Assembly (NCBI GenBank): GCA_963834515.1
Contig: CAWICB010000001.1
Location: forward strand, 283,290-347,289
Length of the DNA: 64,000 nt
From: an uncultured Actinomycetes bacterium
Lineage (GTDB): Bacteria > Actinomycetota > Actinomycetes > Streptosporangiales > Streptosporangiaceae
Reading direction: 5' to 3'
The notes under the pieces are model-generated. The model was not told where the DNA came from, did no database searches, and worked only from the letters and a program-made list of their open reading frames with translations. The translations under genes and the position numbers were made by a program. Shown here piece by piece: positions 17,386 to 25,456 of the stretch. Position 1 is the first letter of the stretch; the number at the start of each line of letters is the position of its first letter.

Positions 17386-18204
17386 GTGATCGACCCGGCC
17401 ATCGAGAGTCACTACGGCACCGGCTACGAGCGGGGCCGGCTGTTTCCCGGCGGCCGGCCGTCGCTGGAGTTCGTCCGGGCGATGGAGCTGCTGGAGCGGC
17501 TGCTGCCACCCCCGCCCGGCCCGGTGCTGGACGTCGGCGGCGGCCCGGGCACGTACGCCGCCCCGCTGGCCCGCCGCGGCTATCAGGTCCACCTGGTCAA
17601 CCCGGTGGCACTGCACGTACAGCAGGCCCGCGAGGTTGCGGGCCACGATCCGGGCACCGCGTTCACCACCACCACCGGTGACGCGCGGGAGCTGCCTGCG
17701 CCCGGGGAATCGCAGGACGCGGTGCTGCTGTTCGGGCCGCTCTATCACCTGACCGAGCCGGGAGACCGCCGGCTGGCCCTGGCTGAAGCCCGGCGGGTGC
17801 TGCGGCCCGGCGGCCGGCTGCTGGCCATGGCGGTCGGCCGGTACGCCTCGCTGCTCGACGGGCTGTATGCAGGCTGGCTGGACGACCCGGTGTTCGCGCC
17901 GATCGTGGCCCGGGACCTGGCCGACGGCCAGCATCGCAACCCCGATCCGGTGGGCCGGCCGGAGTTCTTCACCACGGCGTTCCTGCACACCCCGGAGGGG
18001 CTGGGCCGGGAGATCCAGCAGGCTGGTTTCACCGACCCGGCCGTGTACGGGGTCGAGGGCCCCGGCTGGCCGCTGCGCCGGGAATGGGCCGACCCGCGGC
18101 GGCGCGAGGACATCCTGTTCGCCGCGCGGGCCACCGAGACCGAGCCGGCCCTGCTCGGCTTCAGCAATCACCTCATCGCCGCCGCGACCAGGCCGCAGTC
18201 ATGA
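17386..18204 (+). CDS. class I SAM-dependent methyltransferase
   Basis: VLDVGGGPGTYAAPLARRGYQVHLVNP, DAVLLFGPLYHL and LRPGGRLLA. GTG 17386 follows CTGGAG. The ORF-track start is at 17350. Confidence 0.8.
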   Translation: MIDPAIESHYGTGYERGRLFPGGRPSLEFVRAMELLERLLPPPPGPVLDVGGGPGTYAAPLARRGYQVHLVNPVALHVQQAREVAGHDPGTAFTTTTGDARELPAPGESQDAVLLFGPLYHLTEPGDRRLALAEARRVLRPGGRLLAMAVGRYASLLDGLYAGWLDDPVFAPIVARDLADGQHRNPDPVGRPEFFTTAFLHTPEGLGREIQQAGFTDPAVYGVEGPGWPLRREWADPRRREDILFAARATETEPALLGFSNHLIAAATRPQS

Positions 18205-18710
18205 CGCCGCCGCGTGACCGGCCGCCGTTCGTGGCCGGCGAGCGGGCCCAGCTCATGGGCTGGTACGGCGTGCAGCGCGCGGTCGTGCAGCTGAAGTGCG
18301 AGGGGCTGTCCGAAGTGGACGCGCACCGGTCCGTGCTGCCGCCCTCGCCACTGATGACCGTGGCCGGTGTGGTGTCCCACCTGCGCTGGGCCGAGCAGCT
18401 CTGGTTCGAGGTGCTGTTCCTGGGCCGTCCCGGGGCCGGGCCCGGGTTCGAGGGTCCCGAGGACGCCGAGATGATGGTGGACGGCACCCCGCTGGCCCGG
18501 CTGCTGGATGGGTACGCGGTCCAGTGCGCCATCTCGGATGAGATCATCGCCGCCCACTCGCTGGATGACACCGGGCGGAACACCGATTACCCCGAGGGCG
18601 GCGCGACGCTGCGCTGGATGGTGATCCACATGCTGGAGGAGACCGCGCGGCACGCCGGTCACCTGGACACCATCCGGGAACTGCTCGACGGGCAGAAGGG
18701 GTACTACTAG
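18201..18710 (+). CDS. DinB-fold protein (DUF664 / mycothiol-transferase-like)
   Basis: ERAQLMGWYGVQRAVVQLKCEGLS......SHLRWAEQLWF......LRWMVIHMLEETARHAGHLDTIRELLDG. Its ATG overlaps the upstream stop (ATGA). Confidence 0.85.
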   Translation: MTPPRDRPPFVAGERAQLMGWYGVQRAVVQLKCEGLSEVDAHRSVLPPSPLMTVAGVVSHLRWAEQLWFEVLFLGRPGAGPGFEGPEDAEMMVDGTPLARLLDGYAVQCAISDEIIAAHSLDDTGRNTDYPEGGATLRWMVIHMLEETARHAGHLDTIRELLDGQKGYY

Positions 18711-18824
18711 TCAGCCGGCCCGGCCGATGCCGCACTGCTCTGCCGGTCGCGGGCAAGCGGCCCGAACGACGGGCCGACCTGCGCTTTTGTACCCTTGGGT
18801 ATGATCTTGCGTGACGGGACGGCC

Positions 18825-18890
18825 CGGTAGGACTGGTAATCACGCGGAGGGTTCGGGGGAAACCCCATCGCGGGCCACCGGGCCGTCCCG
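18825..18890. other. 14-bp perfect GC-rich stem (CGGGACGGCCCGGT / ACCGGGCCGTCCCG) enclosing a 38-nt insert with an inner GGGGGAAACCCC hairpin; candidate structured RNA
   Basis: Read directly from the sequence. It lies inside a 344-nt convergent intergenic gap (18711-19054) whose GC is lower than the flanks. The strand and function are unknown. Confidence 0.3.
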
Positions 18891-19054
18891 CAAGTACGTT
18901 ACCCGGCGGTAGTTCATGCCTTAGCCACTCAAACCATGAGCTAAGCCACAGGCTTAACGAACGTCCCGGGCCGTGAACCGGCTCGGCTGGCCCACGTTCC
19001 CTGAGCACTTCGATAGCCTGCCTGACCCGTGCCGTAGGCGGCCGTACTCAGACG

Positions 19055-19567
19055 CTAGGTCCGGCCGCCCGGGTCGGCGGGCGGCGCGTCGCGGAACACG
19101 ATCCAGCGCATCGCGGCGTACATGTACGCCGTCTCGCACCCGCTGGCCGCGGTCCGGGCCAGCTGGTAGTTCACGCCCAGCGCGGCCAGCCCGGTGGTCA
19201 CGCCGAGGATGCAGACGACGTAGTTGACCACCAGGACGGCCAGGTACCGCGCCAGCTGCGGGCCGACTGCGGCGTGGGACCGGAAGTTCAGCGACCGGTT
19301 CAGCAGGTAACCGAGCCCCGAGGCGAGCAGGTAGGCCACCGTGATGCTGGCCGGCAGCGGCCAGTGCAGCCCGCTGCGGGCCGCGGTGAGCAGGGCCAGG
19401 TCGACAGGGAACGTCACCGAGCTGATGGCCGCCAGGCCAAGCAGCCGTGGTGGCACGACCCGGCTCAGGCCGAACGGGAGCATCCGGACGGCGGCGGCCA
19501 TCACGGCACCGAACCGCTCGCCCCGGGCTGCCCTCCTGTCCGCCCGCACCTGCCGGGTGGCAAACAT
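19055..19567 (-). CDS. GtrA family membrane protein
   Basis: 170 aa with four hydrophobic helices. Conserved pattern: ..LNRSLNFRSH......YLAVLVVNYVVCILG......RWIVFRD. Confidence 0.8.
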   Translation of the reverse strand: MFATRQVRADRRAARGERFGAVMAAAVRMLPFGLSRVVPPRLLGLAAISSVTFPVDLALLTAARSGLHWPLPASITVAYLLASGLGYLLNRSLNFRSHAAVGPQLARYLAVLVVNYVVCILGVTTGLAALGVNYQLARTAASGCETAYMYAAMRWIVFRDAPPADPGGRT

Positions 19568-19810
19568 CAGCGGCAGCCTGCCAGCCCCGGGTGACCGGCA
19601 GCGGGCCGCCGGCTGGCCAGCCCGGCCAACGACACCCGGCGGCCCGGTACACCCGGCCGGGCCTGGTGGCCCGCCGGCCGCCAGCCAGGCTGCTGATCTG
19701 ACATATCCGGATGGGCCGGATCGGCGTCTCTATGGGTGAAAGTTGTTGGCGCTGGCCCGGCCCGGGACTCAACGGTGTGTCCACACAAGCGCCGCGAAAG
19801 GGAGCATGAC

Positions 19811-20479
19811 ATGAACCACGCCACCACCGCCCCGCGCCCCGCCCCCTGGGCCACCGCCCGCACGGCCGCGGCGGCAGCCGCCGTAACCGCCGCAGCCGCC
19901 GCGGCGATCACCGGCTGCTCGGCGGCCCCGTCGCAGCCGGCCGCCAGCGCCAGCAAGACCGCCACCAGCGCCAGCAAGACCGCCACCAGCCCGGCCGCCC
20001 CGGCCAGCACCCCAGCGGGCACCCCGGCCGCTGCGCCCAGCACGCCCACGGCGTCCGCGGTCGCCACGGCGTCCAGCCAGCCCCCGGCCACCGCGGCCAG
20101 CGCGGCCACCCCGGCCACCCCGGCACCGGTGCTCGGCCAGCTGGCCGGGGTATTCGCCCAGGGCCAGGGATTCGGCCAGGCCGAGCCGCCGAAGATCTTC
20201 AACGGCGGCGACCCCACCGGCCTGGTGCAGCACATCCACTGGACGTCCTGGGGCGGCGCCCAGGCCATCGGGCACGGCATGGCCGAATGGGTCGGCCCTA
20301 ACCAGACCGTCGCCACCGGCACCCAGAAGCCGGCCACCGTGATCGCGTTCCGGCTGGGCACGTGCGGCGGGAAGCTGATGTACCAGGCCGTCGAGTGGTA
20401 CTTCCCCGGCGAGCACCAGTCGTTCAGCGCCCGGCACTACGAGAACGTCTGCACCGGCAGCTACCTGCCGAGCTCGTGA
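19811..20479 (+). CDS. lipoprotein with a Pro/Ala/Thr-rich linker and a conserved C-terminal domain, unknown family
   Basis: ATG 19811 follows AAGGGAG. It has a signal peptide with lipobox AAITGC, an ASKTATS repeat linker, and a C-terminal domain ..HIHWTSWGG...GTCGGKLMYQAVEWYFPGE. Confidence 0.7.
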   Translation: MNHATTAPRPAPWATARTAAAAAAVTAAAAAAITGCSAAPSQPAASASKTATSASKTATSPAAPASTPAGTPAAAPSTPTASAVATASSQPPATAASAATPATPAPVLGQLAGVFAQGQGFGQAEPPKIFNGGDPTGLVQHIHWTSWGGAQAIGHGMAEWVGPNQTVATGTQKPATVIAFRLGTCGGKLMYQAVEWYFPGEHQSFSARHYENVCTGSYLPSS

Positions 20480-20491
20480 CGCGGGGGCCGG

Positions 20492-21142
20492 TCAGCCGTG
20501 GCAGGCCTGCGCCGCCGCGCCGAACAGCAGCCGCTTGTGCGCGGCCAGCGTCCGGTGGTCCTTGGCGGCCAGCCCCGCGGCGAGTTCGACGGCCCGCGGC
20601 AGTACCTGGTCCTCGGGCACGGCGTGCTGCACGATCCCGGCCGCGGCGGCGTCCGCCCCGCCGTAGCGGCGGCCGGTGAGGATGGCCTCCTGGGCGGCGC
20701 GCCGGGGCAGCTTGGCCCCGAGCACGGCGTACATCGGGGGCGTGACCGGCAGGCCGAGGTCCGCCTCGGGCATGCACCAGTAGCCCCGGTCCGCGCGCAT
20801 GACCACGACGTCGTGCGCGATGGCCAGCACGGCACCGGCCCCGAACGCGTGCCCGTTGACCGCGGCCACGGCCGGCCGGGGCAGGGTGAGCAGCCGGGCG
20901 CTGAGCCGGTTCACCGCGGCCAGGAACCCGGCCGCGTCCGGGTGCCCGGCCAGCCAGTCCAGGTCCAGCCCGTTGGTGTAGAACTTCCCGTGGCCCGTGC
21001 TGACCAGCGCGGCCGGCCCGGCGGCCGCCTCCACCTGGTCCAGCGCGGCATTGACCGCGTCCAGCCAGTCCTGGTTGAACCGGTTCTCGCCGGCCGCCAT
21101 GCGCAGGATCCAGACGTTGCCGTCCCGGTCCAGGCTGATCAC
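20492..21142 (-). CDS. enoyl-CoA hydratase/isomerase family protein
   Basis: GTG 21142 overlaps the upstream stop (GTGA). Motifs: VISLDRDGNVWILRM..GENRF...GKFYTNGLDL...VAAVNGHAFGAGAVLAIAHD. Confidence 0.85.
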   Translation of the reverse strand: MISLDRDGNVWILRMAAGENRFNQDWLDAVNAALDQVEAAAGPAALVSTGHGKFYTNGLDLDWLAGHPDAAGFLAAVNRLSARLLTLPRPAVAAVNGHAFGAGAVLAIAHDVVVMRADRGYWCMPEADLGLPVTPPMYAVLGAKLPRRAAQEAILTGRRYGGADAAAAGIVQHAVPEDQVLPRAVELAAGLAAKDHRTLAAHKRLLFGAAAQACHG

Positions 21143-21843
21143 TGGACGTCGCCGAACGCGAAGCGCGGCGCGGCCGGGTCCAGCACGGCGGGCGGGGCCG
21201 GCACAGCGCACACCGCGCCCAGTTCCGCCGCGAGGGCCGCCATCAGCCCAGGTACGTCGGTGGCCGCCGAGCCGTGCAGCGCCTCGGCCACGATCAGCAC
21301 GCCGGCCGTGCCGGGCGACACGGCCGACAGGCCGCTCTGCCGGTTCGTCCAGCGGCGGGCGTGCGCCTGGCCGGCCTCGTCGGCGAAGATCACCTCACTG
21401 GCGGCTGGGTGCTCTACCTCGCCGGACAACGTCACGTATTTCTCGTCGCCGTCCGCGTACCGCACGGTCAGGCCGCCGCTCACCTTGGCCACGTCGAACG
21501 CGGCCACCGGGATGGCGAACGCGATGGACGCGGCGTTGCACAGGTTGACCAGCGGGTGCAGCCGGGGCAGTGCCCCTTCCTTGCGGAACCGGCGGAGCAG
21601 CGACTCCGACGCGCACCGGTACTGGGTCGGCTTGAGCCCCATCCGGGCGAACGCGCGCCGCCAGGCCTGGATCTCCGGCAGTTCGCTCTCGGTCGCCCCG
21701 GCCAGCCGGGCCGCGGCGGCCGCGGTGAACTCGGCCGCGCGCGGCGGGACCGGCAGGTCGGCCGTGATGCCGCTGGCGAACAGGACGCCGGGCACCAGGT
21801 CCGGGAAGTCCCGCCAGATCTCGCCGGAGTGCTGGAAGTACAT
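21139..21843 (-). CDS. B3/B4 (PheT-like tRNA-binding) domain protein
   Basis: ATG 21843 follows GAAGAGGTGA. Motifs: ..IQAWRRAFARMGLKPTQYRCASESLLRRFRKEGALPRLHPLVNLCNAASIAFAIPVAAFD.. Confidence 0.75.
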   Translation of the reverse strand: MYFQHSGEIWRDFPDLVPGVLFASGITADLPVPPRAAEFTAAAAARLAGATESELPEIQAWRRAFARMGLKPTQYRCASESLLRRFRKEGALPRLHPLVNLCNAASIAFAIPVAAFDVAKVSGGLTVRYADGDEKYVTLSGEVEHPAASEVIFADEAGQAHARRWTNRQSGLSAVSPGTAGVLIVAEALHGSAATDVPGLMAALAAELGAVCAVPAPPAVLDPAAPRFAFGDVQ

Positions 21844-21889
21844 CGGCTCACCTCTTCGTACGGCTACCCCGCGGACGATACTCGGGGGC

Positions 21890-22651
21890 ATGACCGTTCG
21901 AGTGGTGCGCTACCGCGATCAGCCGGGCCTGTGGGCGCAGATCGAGGACCTGTCCGGTGAGGTCTGGCCGGAGTACAACCTGCACGGCGACGAGCTCAAC
22001 AAATACTGGAACCAGCTCTACGAGGTGTTCCCGGAGTGGCAGTTCGTGCTCCAGGACAGCGATTCCGGGGAGGTGCTGGCCGAAGGGCACACCATCCCGG
22101 TGGCCTGGGACGGCACCGACGCGGGGCTCGGGCCGGGCATCGACGCGGCCGTCGCGGGCGGCTTCGCGCTGCGGTCCGCGGGCGGCCAGCCCGGCGCGGT
22201 GTGCGCGCTGGCGGCCGAGATCCCGCCGCGCCATCAGGGCCGCCGGCTGTCCGGGGTGCTGCTGCGGGGCATGGCCGGGCTGGCCCGGGAAGCCGGCCTG
22301 GGCGCCCTGATCGCCCCGGTCCGGCCCAACCGCAAGGAGCGCTACCCGACCATCCCGATCGAGCGGTATGCCCGCTGGGTCCGCGACGACGGCACGCCGT
22401 TCGACCCGTGGGTCCGGGTGCATACCGGCATGGGTGCGCGGCTCGGGCCGGCCCTGCCCCGATCGATGCACATCACCGGCTCGGCCGCGGACTGGGAGTC
22501 GTGGACCGGGATGCGGTTCCCGGAGACCGGGGACTACGTGTTCCCGGCCGGGCTGGCCACGGTGCACATCGACCGGGAGGCCGGCACCGGGGACTACTGG
22601 GAGCCCAACATCTGGCTCATCCACACGGTCCGCCCTGGGACGGCGGAGTGA
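21890..22651 (+). CDS. GNAT-like acetyltransferase family protein
   Basis: ATG 21890 (MTVRVVRYRDQPGLW). Motifs: ..GRRLSGVLLRGMAGLAREAGLGALIAPVRPN...DPWVRVHTGMGARL. The long ORF-track extension back to 20498 is a shadow frame over the opposite-strand genes. Confidence 0.7.
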   Translation: MTVRVVRYRDQPGLWAQIEDLSGEVWPEYNLHGDELNKYWNQLYEVFPEWQFVLQDSDSGEVLAEGHTIPVAWDGTDAGLGPGIDAAVAGGFALRSAGGQPGAVCALAAEIPPRHQGRRLSGVLLRGMAGLAREAGLGALIAPVRPNRKERYPTIPIERYARWVRDDGTPFDPWVRVHTGMGARLGPALPRSMHITGSAADWESWTGMRFPETGDYVFPAGLATVHIDREAGTGDYWEPNIWLIHTVRPGTAE

Positions 22652-22775
22652 CCGGGGACGACACGGCGGTCCGCGACCAGGCCGGCCAGCTGCCGGCCGG
22701 CCTGCCTGGGGGAGATCGGCGGCCCGGCGCGGGCGCTGCTCGGCTAGCCTGGGGCGGCCCAGGGAGGAGCTGCCG

Positions 22776-25244
22776 GTGCCAGCCGATTACGCGCAGATCC
22801 GGGACGAGAACATCGCCCGGTACGGCTGGGACACGGCCGTGCTCGACCTGCTGGGGCACCTGTACAGCGAGCGCACCCACTTCCTCTACGAGCTGATCCA
22901 GAACGCCGAGGACGCCGGGGCGACCGGCCTGTCGTTCGAGCTGTCCGGCGGCCAGCTGGAGGTCCGGCACGACGGGCGGCCGTTCACCGAGGCCGACGTC
23001 CGCGCCATCTGCGGGGTGGCCAGGTCGGACAAGTCCGGCGACCTGACCAAGATCGGCCAGTTCGGCATCGGGTTCAAGGCCGTCTACGCGTACACCCGCA
23101 CGCCGCGGATCCACAGCGGCGGCGAGCACTTCCGGATCGACAGTTACGTCCGGCCGGCCGCGGTGGACCCGCTGGACGACGCCGGGCCGGGCACCGTGTT
23201 CGTGTTCCCGTTCGATCACGACAGCGTGCCCGCGGACGTCGCGGCGGCCGAGATTTCCGCCGCGCTGGCCGCGCTCGACCCGGGCATCCTGCTGTTCCTG
23301 CGGAACATCGCGCGGATCCGGGTCGGCGGGGCCGGCCTGGCTGGCTCGGTCATCGAGCGCCGCACCGGCCCGGGCGCTGGCGCGCGCCGCCAGGTCACGC
23401 TGGCCAAGGACGGGCGCACCGAGGACTGGCTGGTCTGGTCCCGCCCGCTGGACCACCTGGGCCACGCCGGCCGCCAGGTCGAGATCGCCGTCCAGGTCCG
23501 CGCGGGCCAGGTCGTGGCCCAGCCCAGATCCCCGCTCGTGGTCTACTTCCCGACCGAGAAAGAGACCTCTCTCGGCTTCCTGGTTCAGGGCCCATATCGC
23601 ACAACGCCCGCCCGCGACAATGTGCCCGAGCATGACCCGGCCAACCAGGCGCTGGTCGGGGAGACGGCCATCCTGCTCACCGGGGTGCTGCCGGACCTGC
23701 GGGCCAGCGGGCTGCTCACCGTGGCGGCCCTCCAGGCGCTGCCGCTGGACGCGGCCCGGTGGCAGCCCGGCTCGATGTTCCGGCCGCTGTTCGACGCGGT
23801 GCGCGGGGCCCTGGCCGGGGCCGAGCTCATCCCGGCCGCGGACGGCGGGCACCATGCCGCGCGGGACCTGCGGCTGTGCGGCGCTGCCGGGCTCCACGGC
23901 CTGCTCGGCCCGGGCCAGCTCGGCCAGCTGGCCGGGACCGGCTCGCCGCTATGGTTCGCCGACGGGGCCATCACCGAGACCGGGACCCCGCTGCTGTGGC
24001 ATTACCTCAGCCACGAAGCCGGCGTCCAGGTGCTCACCCCGGCCGGCTTCGCCGCGCGGCTGGACGGCGAGTTCCTGGCCGCCCAGCCCGACGAGTGGAT
24101 CGCCCGGCTGTACGCGTTCCTGGACGGTTACCCGACGCTGAGCCAGGCGGCCGGGCCGGCCCGGGACAAGCCGATCATCCGGCTGGAGGACGGCCGCCAG
24201 GTGGCGGCGTTCGGGCCGGCCGGCCAGCCGGCCGTCTACCTGCCCGGCCCGGCTGGCCCCGGGCTGCGCACCGTGCGGCGGGCGGTGGCCAGCGTGCCCG
24301 CGGCCCGGCACTTCCTGGCCGGGCTGGGCCTGGCCGAGCCGGATCTGGTGGCCGGGGTGCTGGACGGCATCCTGCCCCGCTACGACGGCCTGGACGTGGC
24401 TCAGCTGGACTCGGTTCAGCACGCCGCCGACCTGGAAGCCATCATGCGGGCGCTGGACGAGGCGCCCGCGGGCAGCCGGGCCCGGCTGCTCGGCCAGCTC
24501 CAGCAGACCGCGTTCCTGGTCGGCGAGAACGCCGCCACGGGCGTTACGCAGCTGATGGTCCCGGGTGGCCTGTACCAGCGCAGCCGGGAGCTGGAGGCGT
24601 ACTTCGGCGGGAACCCGGGCGCCTGGTTCGCGGCCGACTGGTACGGGCCGTGGCTGGTGCAGCTGCGGGATATGGGGGTGCAGCCGGAGGTGCGGCTGCG
24701 GGCCCGGGCGGCGGACGCGCTCGGCTACGTGGTGACGGTGGATGAGTTCGCCCGGCACGAGCGCGGCGTGGACGGGTTCGACCCGGCGGCCGAGCTGGAC
24801 GGGCTGGACCACGCGCTGCGCCACCCGGCGGCGGCCCGGTCGGAGTACGTGTGGAACATGCTGCTCGTGCCGCACCGGGACCTGGTCGCCGGGGTGGTGG
24901 AGACGTCTGTGCACGACGGGTTCCGGGACGCCGGCCGCGAGACGGTGCACTCGGTGCTCGGCGCGGCGGCCGCCCGGGAAGCCTGGCTGCCCGGGCCGGA
25001 CGGGCGGTTCCGCGTCCCGGCCGAGCTGTCCCTCGACGACCTGCCGCCGCGCTACCGGCGCGACGAGACGCTGGCCCGGGCGCTGGGCATGAGCCAGCCC
25101 GCGGTGGCCGAGGCGGCCCGGCAGCTCGGCGTCCCGGCCGGAGTGCTGTGGGGCCTGAGCGCTCACCCCGACCTGGTCGCGCTGATCCAGCGCGAGCTGG
25201 CGGCCCGCTCCGGTCCCGCCCCGGCCAACGGGGGTGCTCTCTAG
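22776..25244 (+). CDS. sacsin-like GHKL (Bergerat-fold) ATPase with a ~600-aa uncharacterised C-terminal region
   Basis: GTG 22776 lies 6 nt after GGGAGGAG. The N box is FLYELIQNAEDAG, the G1-like box is RHDGRPFT, and the G2 box is IGQFGIGFKAVYAY. I recognise no named domain in the remaining sequence. Confidence 0.75.
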   Translation: MPADYAQIRDENIARYGWDTAVLDLLGHLYSERTHFLYELIQNAEDAGATGLSFELSGGQLEVRHDGRPFTEADVRAICGVARSDKSGDLTKIGQFGIGFKAVYAYTRTPRIHSGGEHFRIDSYVRPAAVDPLDDAGPGTVFVFPFDHDSVPADVAAAEISAALAALDPGILLFLRNIARIRVGGAGLAGSVIERRTGPGAGARRQVTLAKDGRTEDWLVWSRPLDHLGHAGRQVEIAVQVRAGQVVAQPRSPLVVYFPTEKETSLGFLVQGPYRTTPARDNVPEHDPANQALVGETAILLTGVLPDLRASGLLTVAALQALPLDAARWQPGSMFRPLFDAVRGALAGAELIPAADGGHHAARDLRLCGAAGLHGLLGPGQLGQLAGTGSPLWFADGAITETGTPLLWHYLSHEAGVQVLTPAGFAARLDGEFLAAQPDEWIARLYAFLDGYPTLSQAAGPARDKPIIRLEDGRQVAAFGPAGQPAVYLPGPAGPGLRTVRRAVASVPAARHFLAGLGLAEPDLVAGVLDGILPRYDGLDVAQLDSVQHAADLEAIMRALDEAPAGSRARLLGQLQQTAFLVGENAATGVTQLMVPGGLYQRSRELEAYFGGNPGAWFAADWYGPWLVQLRDMGVQPEVRLRARAADALGYVVTVDEFARHERGVDGFDPAAELDGLDHALRHPAAARSEYVWNMLLVPHRDLVAGVVETSVHDGFRDAGRETVHSVLGAAAAREAWLPGPDGRFRVPAELSLDDLPPRYRRDETLARALGMSQPAVAEAARQLGVPAGVLWGLSAHPDLVALIQRELAARSGPAPANGGAL

Positions 25245-25253
25245 GAGCCAGGC

Positions 25254-25306
25254 ATCAGCGCGGTGCATTTTCGGTTACCCCTGACCACAAACGCACCGCG
25301 CTGATG
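25254..25306. repeat. conserved hairpin element, copy 2 (18-bp arms with 1 mismatch, 18-nt loop)
   Basis: CATCAGCGCGGTGCATTT-tcggttacccctgaccac-AAACGCACCGCGCTGATG. It starts 10 nt after the ATPase stop codon. The core matches copy 1 at 12876-12921, including loop positions GG.TACCC. Confidence 0.8.
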
Positions 25307-25456
25307 AGATCGGGCCGGTAAATCAGTTGCCTGGGCTGGCCGGGGTTTGCTGTACTCCGGGGAGACCCGTCCACCGACCAGGAGAGAGTGCCGTGCGCGC
25401 AGCGTTTGTGTCCATCCCGCAGGCCATAGTCGCCCAGGCAGAGGACATAACGCGTA

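Noticed and set aside
18780-18960. Possible tRNA, tmRNA, SRP RNA or RNase P RNA gene in the convergent gap
   Set aside because: No cloverleaf could be built, because the D-arm-like TAGCTCATGGTTTGAGT has no matching anticodon or T arm. None of the universal motifs is present on either strand (GGTTCGAATCC, GAGGAAAGTCCGG, CCGGAAGGAAGCAGCC). It is kept only as an unclassified structured element.
20498-21889. 5' two-thirds of the 717-aa + strand ORF 20498-22651
   Set aside because: This part is a shadow frame over the minus-strand enoyl-CoA hydratase and B3/B4 genes. Only the last 253 codons (from ATG 21890) look like a real GNAT-like protein.
22368-22775. Upstream extension of the GHKL ATPase ORF (the ORF track starts it at 22368)
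   Set aside because: The extension overlaps the preceding GNAT-like gene and is Arg/Pro/Gly-rich. A GTG at 22776 with a GGGAGGAG RBS fits the start of the conserved domain.
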